From Eledone cirrhosa (Eukaryota), in NCBI GenBank assembly GCA_964016885.1, contig OZ024741.1, positions 87,668,001-87,732,000 of the forward strand: DNA of 64,000 nt. The letters run 5' to 3'. The stretch's first letter is position 1, and every line of letters starts with the position of its first letter. Both the position numbers and the translations under genes were made by a program. The notes beneath the pieces are model-generated. The model was not told the DNA's origin, searched no databases, and saw nothing but the letters and a program-made list of their open reading frames with translations. This document shows positions 52,333 through 64,000 of this stretch, piece by piece.

Positions 52333-53230
52333 TTTTTTGGGGTTGTAACTTCTCTGTTTTTTAGCCGAAGAAAATGCCTATGTATATAATTACATGCATA
52401 CATTTATTTTCTTTAATTAATTGAGTTCTTTACACGAGGAATTGATATTAGTTTTGAAATGACTAATTAACCCGCGTCTGTTTTATATTTTACTCTTAAT
52501 TCGGCCGGTGATTTACATTCCCATTTGCCCTTTAAAGCATGACTTTCTATATTTACTGCGGTTATGAGATGCGGTTCTTATTCGGGTACAACGTCTGATT
52601 TTAGCCTAAGAAAATATCTATATGCGTGTGTAATTTATACACGCATATATTTATTTTTTTTATTTTCAATTGAGTTCTTAACACGTTGGATTGATAATGT
52701 TTTCGAAAAAACTAATTAACCCGCGTGTATATTATTATTTTTTTCCTCCTTTCGTGGATCGTAGTTGTCTCCCCTTCCCGCTTCGTGTCGCTATGATGCT
52801 TCCTCAGTCAAGAACTGCTGGAATTTCAAATTTGCCGGTCATTTGATGCGAGAAGGAGCAACTTAACAGACACGATTTTTGACTGCGGTAAGAATTTCTT
52901 TCTTATATCAAAGTTTAATGGGCTTCCACTGATGATTTATAAACGCCCACCTAAATATATTCTTATATGAATATATATTAGGCTTCTACATAAACTGGAA
53001 ATATTCTCCCAACTTGTAGAAAACTTATAATGAAACAATTGTTTGGAAAGAGAGATGTATTTTAACTTTAATTATATCTCATAAAATAATACAACTGGTT
53101 TTTCCACATTATACATATTGTTAGCACCCCAAACACTTAAATTGGGTTTATATTTAAATATAGCCTAATGTTTGTTGAGTGAGATGGATACCAGTCAGAG
53201 TTTAGCTTTAAACTATCTCTGTTATTGTAT

Positions 53231-53365
<135 letters not shown>

Positions 53366-53366
53366 T

Positions 53367-54113
53367 TTAGTACAGCATTAACGAAGCTTTAGAACACGGC
53401 CAAGCTAACGAATGCAGAATCGGTCTGTAGCTTTAGCACTCAGATGGAGAAAAGAACCCAGAGTAATAACAATACCTTCAGACAGCTTAGCAAATCAGAT
53501 ATAGCGGTCGGCAGTCCAGCCGCATCACTAGAGCAACGAAAATACAGGACCCAGGAAAAGATATTATACTGACCCGGACAGAACGGTGAGGCTGAATGCA
53601 AAATATATAATGTACATCGTATATCACACAATATACATCACATACAGCACCCAACATCAGCGCTAAGTGTCTGGAAATCCAAGATCGACAAATTCCGATT
53701 GAAGAATTCTGCAATGTAATGGTTTTTGACGACAGAACATAGGATTTCCTTCTTCAGCAAGTCTTTCGTTCTTAGCCTGAGCGGGCATGTTGTAGCTTTA
53801 AATTTCGCCACAGACACGTGGTTTTCTCCAAGGGAGGTAACCCCCGCTTAGGCGGTGAATTCTAATTTGAGATAAAGGAATGAATCCCTTTAGACAAACC
53901 GAATTAAGCACTCAACCAGAAGTTATCAAACAAACATAAACAATTAATCAATCAATAGAATCATCTAATTAAATTAATCAGTTAATCGTTAATTCTAAGA
54001 GTAAATACAAATGTTAGTACAGCATTAACGAAGCTTTAGAACACGGCCAAGCTAACGAATGCAGAATCGGTCTGTAGCTTTAGCACTCAGATGGGGAAAA
54101 GACCCCCAGAGTA
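53367..54113. repeat. ~750-bp ORF-less unit with ~95-bp terminal direct repeats between (TA)n tracts
   Basis: TTAGTACAGCATTAACG...CACTCAGATGG at 53367 and 54014. Confidence 0.85.
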
Positions 54114-54214
54114 ATTATATATATATATATATATATATTACCCACTCTACTACCTCAAGTATTGAGTACTTTGGTGCGTTATGGTCCACCTGGTTCCTTA
54201 CCACATTTCCTTCG

Positions 54215-54250
<36 letters not shown>

Positions 54251-54591
54251 GAATAATCGAGAATCGGAATATCAGCCCACGAAATCACGATAAACAATAT
54301 CCGACATGTGTGGCAGAGGGCTCAATAATTTGGATAAATCAGAGCTATAACTATCGTTAAAATACCAACACATAGAGATCATGCCTAAAATCACCCGTGC
54401 AGCCGAAAAAGAACGACCAGGAAGATTCGGGTCACTCAAATAAAATATCAATAAATTAATAAATTAAATGAATGTAAAAAACTCACCCGGACCCGCTAGA
54501 AAGATGTTAAATCTAGCTTCTTGGGTTTCTGCAATTCCTTAATCCAATCACTATCAGCCCACATAAAAAATATATAAGACTTCTAGAGAAA

Positions 54592-54624
<33 letters not shown>

Positions 54625-54640
54625 ATATATATATATATAT

Positions 54641-54714
<74 letters not shown>

Positions 54715-54724
54715 CGAGAGAGAA

Positions 54725-54799
<75 letters not shown>

Positions 54800-54859
54800 A
54801 TTTCCATAGGTTGACTTAGGAGATGGGAGTGTCCGTCTTTCTGTTGGATTTTTTTCTCC

Positions 54860-55575
54860 CTGTATTTGTCCTGTATCGAGCGTGGAAGGACCGCTCTACA
54901 AAATTTCATGGTTCCTAGCCAGAATGCTTAAACCCCTACTTGACACCTTGCGGGGACACGTAAACAGCTCCGAAGAGGTGTTGGAGCGACTACATCAAAT
55001 GGATCCCAACACCAGAAAGGCTAACAGGTATGCCTTCAGCTTTGATGTGGTCGCTCTTTACACCTCGGTCCCGGCGCTCCCGGCCGTTGATATACTGATG
55101 AACGCGTTCAATCTACGGACCTACACTGCTTCGGGCTCACCTCCACTGGCATCCACCAGCTCCTATCCGTCGTCGTTGACAACACATATTTCAGTTTTCT
55201 CGACCAAACATACCGGCAAACCTCAGGGCTACCCATGGGCTCAAGACTGTCGGGTGTGCTAGCGATCTCGTACATTGACAGCCTCGAGCGCAAAGCACTC
55301 AACGCTTGCTACCCAACGCCATCACCTTCTTCTCAAGATACGTGGACGACATCCTCATCCTCACATCTTCCCAGGAGATGGCGAGTGGGATTTACGAGAC
55401 GTTCAGCAACACGGACGAGAATATTGACTTCAGTGTTGAACACCTCAACGACGACGGGTCTCTTGCCCTCTTCGACTTCGAATCAACATCACGGAGCCGG
55501 GAGGGATCCACACCAGCTTCTACCGCAAGGCAGCCTGCAGGGACTTGTTCGTCCACTACAAATCTTCCCTCCCTA
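54860..55575 (+). pseudogene. Penelope-like RT fragment (second PLE lineage, YVDD type)
   Basis: LARMLKPLL, FSFDVVALYTSVP, GLPMGSRLSG, FSRYVDDI. Confidence 0.85.
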
Positions 55576-55576
55576 A

Positions 55577-55770
55577 CAGTGCTAACATATTCCAGTGCCC
55601 CAATAACCACAGGCATAAATCTGAAGGTATAATCAGGGTGGAGTATCTGCAGATTTCTCATTAGTTCTGCATAAATATTCTTCTTTTCGCTAATCTTTGA
55701 TATTATATTGGCATCTGCTGGGCAATTAACTTCCACTACTGTGCATGCCTTAATTTCCCTGTCCCATATC
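55577..55770 (-). mobile_element. Older R4/Dong RLE fragment
   Basis: IWDREIKACTVVEVNCPAD...IYAELMRNLQ. Confidence 0.75.
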
Positions 55771-55794
55771 ATTATGTATGTATGCATGTATGTA

Positions 55795-57345
55795 TGTTTA
55801 TATCTTTCTCTTAATTTCGAGTATATTTTTAACCGGCCACCTTCCTGGTGGCTAGGTTGTAAAAGAAAAGAAATTGTCATCCCTTGAATCGCAAGAAGGT
55901 TTTGCAAATTTTGAAGGTGCCACCTATCGCAGCCATTTGTAGACTATGAATTAGGGAGCTGCGCGCTTTGTCCGCAAATCCAAGTTCAGTCATACTTTGG
56001 TCCAAGCGGGTTGGTATATAACCCGTAGCTCCAATAATGATGGGTAGGAAGCTGAAGGTGTATCTTGGATACTGGATCTGCAAACACCTCATCAATGGTC
56101 CATAGATGTCCTCCTTCTCTTGTATTTTTCTTACAACATAGACATCAAGTGGGCAGCTGATCTCCACAACAGAACACGTTTTCAATGTGTGGTCCCAAAC
56201 AACAATATCAGGCCAGTTGTGCTTTAATTTGGTGGCAGTTATTTTCAGGTTCCACTAGTATTCTTTAGTGTCATCTATCTCAATATATTCTTCCTCGTTT
56301 GTTTTTAATGTTGTTTCCTTAGTGCCTTCCAGATAGTTCTAGCTATCACATCGTGTCTCATAGGAAGGTAGTAACGGGACGACATTCTTTCGCATTTCGC
56401 AACAATGCGGCTAACATCTTCGATCTTTGTTTTATTGTCGACTGATGGCCCTCCCCTTTTGTGTAGCAAATATTTGGTAGGGATTTCTTTTTCCTGTATT
56501 GCATAGAGATATCCTTCAAAGTGGGATGTCATAAACTTATCGGAACTCCTTGCCAGGCTTTTTGAATGATTTATCCCCTCTATAGTCTGTGTTTTTCGTC
56601 TCAGGTACCCATGCACATCTTTCTCTGTAAATTTTTTTATCTTGTTTGAGCATTGAATAGGATCTTACAATTTCGCTGGGAGAGAGATTTATATCAGGCC
56701 TTATTCCATATATCTCCTCCAGATCAGTGGCTATCCTAATGATATTATTTCCTTCATGGTCATAAACCTGAGAAAGATGGTTGCGGACCTTTTTCTTCAG
56801 TTGAAAATGTTGCTTCAGTGTTACTATCCGGGTCTCGTATGGTGTTGATATGGAGTTTAGACCGCCACCTTCCTTGCGTGAGAAGTATAGCCTATCCACA
56901 TCACCATTGATGTTAAAGTTCCCAGTAACACTGAGAAGTTTGCGAGTTCTAACATCCACCTCACTTAGTTCTTGCAATGACCAGTTCAGCAGACCAAATG
57001 TTGGCGTTATGATTGGCACAGCATAAGTATTGTGGGCAATGTATTTGTTGTACGTTGATAGTTCTGATGACCATATTTTCTTTACTCTCTTGAGGTATTC
57101 AGTTCTGGTTCTCTCCTTATGTATGGGTTCATCATATGTGACATTCTCATCCTGTCCAAGATATCTGTAGTTTTCACCTGACTGTAGAGGTTGTATTGTC
57201 AAGCCGTCATCTCTAGATTTCCAGAGGAGGGCACAGCCCTTCCACGTTTGTTTTGTCAAATATGCACATTTGGACTCACCAAATTTCATTCTGATGTTTG
57301 CAGAAAATTGTGTAAACAGGTCCAATTGTTTTTTGATATGGTTGA
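55795..57345 (-). mobile_element. R4/Dong copy 2, frameshifted sister of 41948-43837
   Basis: Colinear high nucleotide similarity, same 3' UTR, flanked by (TATG)n. Confidence 0.92.
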
Positions 57346-57399
57346 TATGTATGTATGTATATATGTATGTATGTGTGTATGTTATGTAATTATATCTGA

Positions 57400-57519
<120 letters not shown>

Positions 57520-58619
57520 GATAAACAGAAATAACAACACAATCGGTACAGTATATGGAAGGGATATATTAGGCTAACGCTTGATATAGCAGGAAGAGGG
57601 TCTTAACGTTTCGGACTCTTATCCTATATATTAGTAATAACTTGATAAAATATATCCAACGGATCAGAGCAATCCATTCTTGGGACGAGTTATAGTGTTA
57701 ATTAATTTAAGTTACTACAACGATTACATAATGCGAATAGGTGCGTTTTCTTAGTGTATTAAATAACACCAACTTTTCAATTCACCATGTTATGATGGAT
57801 TAACTCCCGGAGATAGATTGACAGATACATGATGAGAGTGAGGGAGAGAAGAGATGTAGATACAGGCGCACAAGTATTTAACACACAAACACGCAACCAT
57901 TCACTTATGACGTGAGAATGAAAGCGGAGAAAGAGATAAAGAAACGGCGACAGTAAAAATGAGAAATGAAAATTGAAGAGGGTAAGATTTAAAATAGACA
58001 GGGAAAATTTGTGACAGACATTGATCATAACGTTTGAAGCGCTAACGTATGTGCGAGTAGTGTCTATGTGTGTGTATTTGTGCATATACATGTATATACA
58101 TGTATATAAATGTATATATACTTACATACATAAATACACGATGATGATGATGATGATGTTTGCAAGTCAATTTTGAGTAATGCCATCGTTTGATACTTAA
58201 GCATGAGCATCACAGATGTGGCTTTTTAGTCCTGCTAGGGCCAACAATACCATGCATCGCAAAAAATGTGACATATCAAGCGATACCTGTGCTTGAAGCT
58301 TTAAGTGAAGAAAGGCTTTGCACGGGCCAATCCCACTCTCTGAACATCGAATGCATTTCTCCAAAAAGAAGAACTGGTCTACATCATTGGATGCAAACGA
58401 AGTCACAAGTTTGATATCAGAGAAACCTTCTCCTAGAGAGATGTCTTAATGAAGACTAGCAATCTCTCGCTCCACAGAAAAAAAAAAAAAAAAATTATTG
58501 GATGTCAGTAGACACTCTTCTGAGTTCCTCCGCTCTTTGACGGGTTTTGTTTTCCATCCCGCAGGAAGGTGTGTCTGAGGACTGTGCTCTCACGTCGCTT
58601 CCAGGAATATGTGGGCGGA

Positions 58620-58796
58620 GAAGAAGAAGAAGAAGACGAAGAAGAAGAAGAAGAAGAAGAAGAAGAAGAAGAAGAAGAAGAAGAAGAAGAAGAAGAAGAA
58701 GAAGAAGAAGAAGAAGAAGAAGAAGAAGAAGAAGAAGAAGAAGAAGAAGAAGAAGAAGAAGAAGAAGAAGAAGAAGAAGAAGAAGAAGAAGAAGAA
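58620..58796. repeat. (AAG)n/(TTC)n microsatellite
   Basis: Direct observation. Confidence 0.98.
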
Positions 58797-61700
58797 TGAT
58801 TTCTTTATTAACCACAAGGGTTTACATAAAGTAGACATTAAGGAGAGTGCAGGACAATACAGGACGGTACAAATGGGCATTTCTGCGTGTAAAAAACAAA
58901 AACAGAGGATGTAACAAAAAAAATAACAATGAAAAATTCCCCAATAGGGGGGAGACTTCCGAGGGACATTTGTGGAGAAAGCCCAGTAAAAGGCCACAGT
59001 GACCTGACCACCAAGGCAAGTGCCCTCTCCCAGTTTTCCACCTTTAATTTACAGATACGTACTCAGAGTAGGCCCATTCACTCGGGCCATTCTTGCTTCT
59101 CTCACCCATCTTTCAACAAAATGCTGGGAAGAGAGCACTTCCCTCTCTACTCTGATTTTCCTTTTCAAATGAAATTTGAAAAAGTCAATCAGGGCATCAC
59201 TGAAGAGGTAAGTGCTCGTCTTCAGTCCTTTCAAACTTGTCCACCATACTATCTCTTTCGCCATGGCCACCAGAGAGATAAAAACTGCCTGCCCTTCCCG
59301 GCTAAAGGAAGAGGGCTGGGCAATCCTCACGATGGACTCAGATGATAGCCGGATCGGTCCTACACGCGACAGCAGGTGTTCGACATAAACCCACAAGTCA
59401 GCAATTTTCGGACACTGGACGAGTGCGTGCAGGACGGTTTCGTCGCCCTGCGCGCATCTCGGACATGCCCGGCTGACGGCACCTCCAAGCCTGTAGAGTT
59501 TATCCCGAACTGGCAAGGCTCCTCGGTAGCACTGCCAGGCCAGAGATTTCTGGAAATTGTCCATAGGTCCCGGCCCGAAAGTTCTTCCGAAGAGATTGGC
59601 TAGTTGATTTTCGTCAACGCCTAGAGTTTCCCCAAGTACGCCGTCGTTCTTCCCCTCCACTAATCCTCTATAGAACGCCGAGGTGGAGTTTCCACCGATC
59701 ACATTGCCCGATTGGTCGAGGGCTATGAGCGCCTGAAGGTATTCCAGTCTCCAGGCGCTCCCTCTCAGTCTTCGCTTGACCCAGGACTGCAGCTCCGTCA
59801 AGGAAACGAGCTGGGGAAATACGTGTCTAGCAAACGGCGACCACACCTGATCACCGTCGAGGAAGAGGTGGAGATGTCGTAGCCTGAGCGCGTGTCTGCG
59901 CATCATCAGCCACGGCATTCCCAGCCCTCCACGTAGCGGGTGTTGACAGCAGATGGACCGCGTGACCATCGGAGCGCGTCCATTCCACAAAAAGCGAAAG
60001 AACAAACGCTCCAGCGCAGTCAGGCGGGGCTTAGGACAAGGTACGACGGTCAGGCGGTAGCAGATGACAGACGCGATGTACGCGTTAGCCACCTCCGTTC
60101 GACCTTTCAGGGATAGCTTCCTCTCCGCCCATTTCAGGGTGAGAGAAGTCACCCTGCTCGTCACCTCGTCCCAGTTTTTTTCCGTCTGGAGGTCCGGACC
60201 GAACCAGACCCCTAGCAATTTAACCGGTCCGTGCATCCAGCGTCCGACGACGCTGTTGGACGGCATGGACCTGCCTCTCCAGGTGCCGAGCTACAGGCCC
60301 ACTGACTTATCCTGGTTGATCATTGCTCCTGTCACCGCTTCGTATTCTTTTAGTGTAGTGCCGATCGCCTCGATGTGTTTGGAGTTCGACACCACTACGG
60401 TGACATCGTCCGCATATGCTGACACGGATCTTCCGCATCCTAGTTCGCGCGGGACGCCCCTCAACGTCTCCAGTTTGTGCAGTAATGGCTCGAGAGTCAA
60501 TACGTACAAGAGGGACGAGAGGGGACATCCTCGGCGGACCGAACGCATGATGTTGAACGGTTCCGAAAGGTGACCGTTCACTCTCACCACAGAGCAGATG
60601 TCGCTGTGCATGGCAGCGATCCAGCCTCTGAAGACGGGCCCAAAGCCAGCCGCCCTCAGGACTGCCGCTAGGTAACGATGGTCGACCCTATCGAAAGCTT
60701 TCGACTGATCTAAATTGATCAAGGACCCACCCGGGGCTGGTTCCCTAGCTACCCTCTCTACGATGTATCGCATGAGGTGGAGGTTGTCGTGGATGGATCT
60801 GTCGGGAATGGCGCATGTCTGCGCCTCTCCCACCAGACCACCAACGACAAGCGCCAACCTCTTTGCTAGCACCTTGGCCAAAATCTTGAACTCTGTGTTT
60901 AGCAGAGTTATGGGCCTGAAATTATCTATGTTATCCCCCTTGTTCGGATCCTTTCTCAGCAGTGCCACCGCTCCTCGGCTCACAGAGCTGGGAATTCTCC
61001 CGTTCTGTTGCCAGTTGCAGTAGACGTCCGCCAAGAGGCCTCCGAACATGTCTGGCATCTGTACGTAAAGTTCGTAGGGCAGACCATCTAAACCAGGCGA
61101 TTTACCCCTTGTGCAGCCAGTCATTGCATCCCTTACTTCAGCGGCTGTTATCGGCTTTTCGCAACACTCCGCCTCAGTGGCCGAGAACCGCGGCAGTCCG
61201 TCGAGGTAGACACTAAAGTCCATCCCTCGACCCGGCCCACCGCTGCCCCCGAACAGTTGAGCGAAGTGTCGCTGAAAAGTTTCACACATTTGCCCGGGAT
61301 CGAGTAGCATGCGCCCGTCGTGGTTCACCAAAGACCGGATCGTGGCTTTGTTGCCACGACGCGCCTCCGCCACTCGGGCCCATTGAACAGCTTTCGTCCC
61401 CTCGTGTCTGAGAGCACGCACCCTAGCTCTGACAACGCAGCCTTCGTGCTTTGCATTGAAGAATTGGTCAAGGGCCAATTTCGCCGCAAGCACGTCGGTC
61501 GCGATGCCTTTGCTAAGCGCCTCGTCTAACTAGTCTAACTAGTTCTCCCTCTGCTCTATTTTTCTCTATTGCTAAAGCCTTACTAAATCTAATGGATTCT
61601 ATTCTAATCGCTCTTTTCAGAGAAAACCACCACTTGTTGTTGACGATGGCCCCCGTCAACGCCCGCTTAACTAGTTCGCTAATCTGGTCTCTGTAGGCCT

Positions 61701-64000
61701 TGCGCGCTGGTAAGGACGCGTTTAGCTTCCAGTAGCCGGGTCCTCGTCTATGAAGCCTATCTAAGTCAAGCACACAGATCACGAATTTGTGGTCCGTGTA
61801 GCTGACTATCTTGAATTGTGGACAGCCTATGCTAGACCTATCTATTTCCCTACAAAATACTCTATCTAGATATGATCTGGATGACCCTATGCGATTTGTC
61901 CAAGTCCACATTGGCACATTCGGGAAATCCAATCGGTACCTGTCAGGCAGTTCAAAACTCCTGAGCAGGTTGGTGAGGCTCTTGCACCCTCCACCTCTAT
62001 CCGCTAATCCCAGACAGTCCCAGCGTGCATCTAAGATCCCGTTCCAGTCGCCCACTAACACTAACGAGCGGGATGTTCCAAGAAAGGTCTCCAGACGCCG
62101 GAAGAAATCAGGCCGCCCTGCTCCTGTCGGGGCATAGACGGCCACTAGCCTGAAAGCTTGCCCGTCTCCGCTGGTCACGTCCAGCACCACAAACTTACCC
62201 TCTGGGTCCAGGAAGATGGCCCGTATGGCGAGATCCAAACCTCTCCGAAAAAGCACAGCAACTCCTCCCCCCGATCCAGGACGGCTGGGAGATGCGTACA
62301 CATCGTAGCCGCCGAAGATCGGTGCGAAGGCCCGTGCTTCGGAGATTCTGGTCTCGCTGATGGCCACTACATCTATGTTTAGTGACCTGAGGTCGTTGAG
62401 CAGGTGACCCTGCTTCCATGACGACCCCAAGCCACGCGCATTTATGCTGCCTATTCTGAGTGAGGTCATGTTTAAAATAGGGTGGAAAAGATGGGAAAGA
62501 CCACTTACCGTACTTGATCGTCAGGTGAAGGGACCGTTGAATCGTCCCTTCGGCTGGTCGTCGGTTCTTCTATGAGTATGTCCGAATATACTCTCCGGTC
62601 TCTGAAATCACCAACTGCGTTGGGGAATTTCGTTTTAATGTTTGTGTATTGTTTCTGTGCTATTTTTAGCAGTCTTATGTTAGTTGGCGTTTTGATTGGT
62701 GCTGGTATTATGTAGTCGTGCTGTGAAATGTCTGTGTGTTCAATTATGTAAGTCATTAGTTTCTTGTGTGTATTTATTGCCGTGCATTTGTTTTTCTGGG
62801 GGTGGGTGTGGTTCTGCTATTTTCTTGTCGTTGTTGCTGGGTGCGTGTGTTTTGTTGTTGTGTTTGCGATGTTGGTGCTTGTGGTGGTGGTGCTGAAGGT
62901 GTTGTTGTTGTTGGCGGTGGGGTTGTCGCCGGTGGTGATGGTGGTGCTAGTGTGGGTGGTGATGGTGTTGGTGATGTTGCTGCTGTGAGTCTCTTTGCAG
63001 TAGCCTTTACCCTTTTTTCATTTCTTTCCTCCTTTTTCGAAGGCGACGATGCGCTGCTTCTGCGTTTGTGCCTTCTTACGACCTTTTGCCATCCCTCTCC
63101 CACCTCACACTCCATGTCTGATTCTGTGAGGTCGGGGAGGGGTACCAGCTCCACTCTTTCACTTGTTGTTGGTGATGTTTGCACTGGAGTCTCTGTTGCA
63201 GCTGCATTTGGTATTACTGTTGTTGTTGTTAATACTTCCACTGCTGCTGCTGTTTTTGATTTCCGTGGCGTGGGTATGGGTGCCACGGACCTATCGTTCC
63301 TGGTTGCCGCTTGTCCTGTTGCTGATAGCCGTGAATCCGGTTTCGGAAGGAGGGGGGTTTTCTCCTTTCTCAGGGTCTTCTCGTTGCAGAAGGCCCTGAG
63401 GTGAGTCTTCGATCCACAGCGAAAGCATTTCGGGCGTTTGCCCTCAACACTTATGGGCAGTTGAGTGCCGTTATCGAAGTCTATCACATCCGGGATAGCT
63501 TCGATGCACTCCTGGTTGGTTTGGATTAACATCTCAATGGAGGTGCCGACCCAATCTTCTCTTACTTTTTCTGTACTTGCAGTACAGTTGTTTTGTCCTC
63601 AATTCCGACGAGGACAGACGCGACCAGCCAAGAAGGGGCCATCCCGGAGGGGACGTGGGTCAGTTTGACCCTCACAATTTTTTGCCCGCAGTAGGAGGGC
63701 ACCAACACCATTTCCTCGCTCCTTAGGATCACTAAGGATTGAGCCTTTGCCTCCTGGGGTGTGGCAAAAAGCACGTCTACGGTGGCATATTTCTTGCCTC
63801 GGGTGATGTGCGTTTTCCGCTGCCACACAGACCCTAAGGCTTTTTGTATTTGAGCCTCTGTGGCTCTTTCAACCCTACGGGATTTTGTGGTTACTGTACG
63901 GTACGTGACCGTACAGTGCTGTTGGGTTTCGAAAAATGTTTCGGCTGCCTTGCAGATTGCTCGGTGTCCGGTTTTTGTCACTTTCTTCTTCGCTTCCTCT
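58797..64000 (-). mobile_element. L1/Tx1-clade LINE copy C, nearly intact, extends beyond the window
   Basis: ORF1 63981-62505 with CFRCGSKTHLRAFC knuckle; ORF2 62469-59049; 3' CTTGTGGTTAATAAAGAAATCA then (TTC)n. Confidence 0.96.
59049..62469 (-). pseudogene. Tx1 ORF2 (APE, RT, zf-RVT) with one frameshift and one nonsense codon
   Basis: ORFs 61513-62469, 60291-61493, 59049-60266; TAG at 60291 where copies A and B have Gln (GLQLGTW); frameshift near 61530. Confidence 0.93.

Noticed and set aside
57598-57640. Minus-strand GGAT..GTCC-GAAACGTTA hammerhead 3' half
   Set aside because: The CUGANGA core is absent
58495-58997. Poly-R/E/K/F/L ORFs
   Set aside because: Artefact of the (AAG)n repeat

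Overview
Eukaryotic, repeat-saturated genomic DNA with no convincing host exons. The tRNA/CORE-type SINEs and dense (TA)n/(CA)n/(TATG)n microsatellites point to a cephalopod, most likely Octopus (inference). Contents: three large L1-Tx1-clade LINEs (one nearly intact) plus a fragment, two R4/Dong-type RLE retrotransposon copies plus fragments beside (TATG)n, RTE fragments, three Penelope-like (PLE) coding remnants, two Helitron remnants, many SINEs and a young 71-bp satellite with higher-order structure. The main signal is not in the ORF track. The short non-coding islands between (TA)n tracts carry type I hammerhead ribozymes (CUGANGA...GAAA...UH with pairable helices I-III). Nine lie within about 6 kb (18.66-24.6 kb), one more lies 3' of a PLE ORF, and several decayed copies occur elsewhere. 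They sit in 0.05-0.75 kb ORF-less units with terminal direct repeats and/or inverted partial copies, resembling retrozymes or non-autonomous PLE derivatives. Two (18659+ and 21997-) appear to belong to one family and have a true monomeric helix III rather than the usual palindromic minimal helix. All structures were paired by eye; no folding or database search was run.
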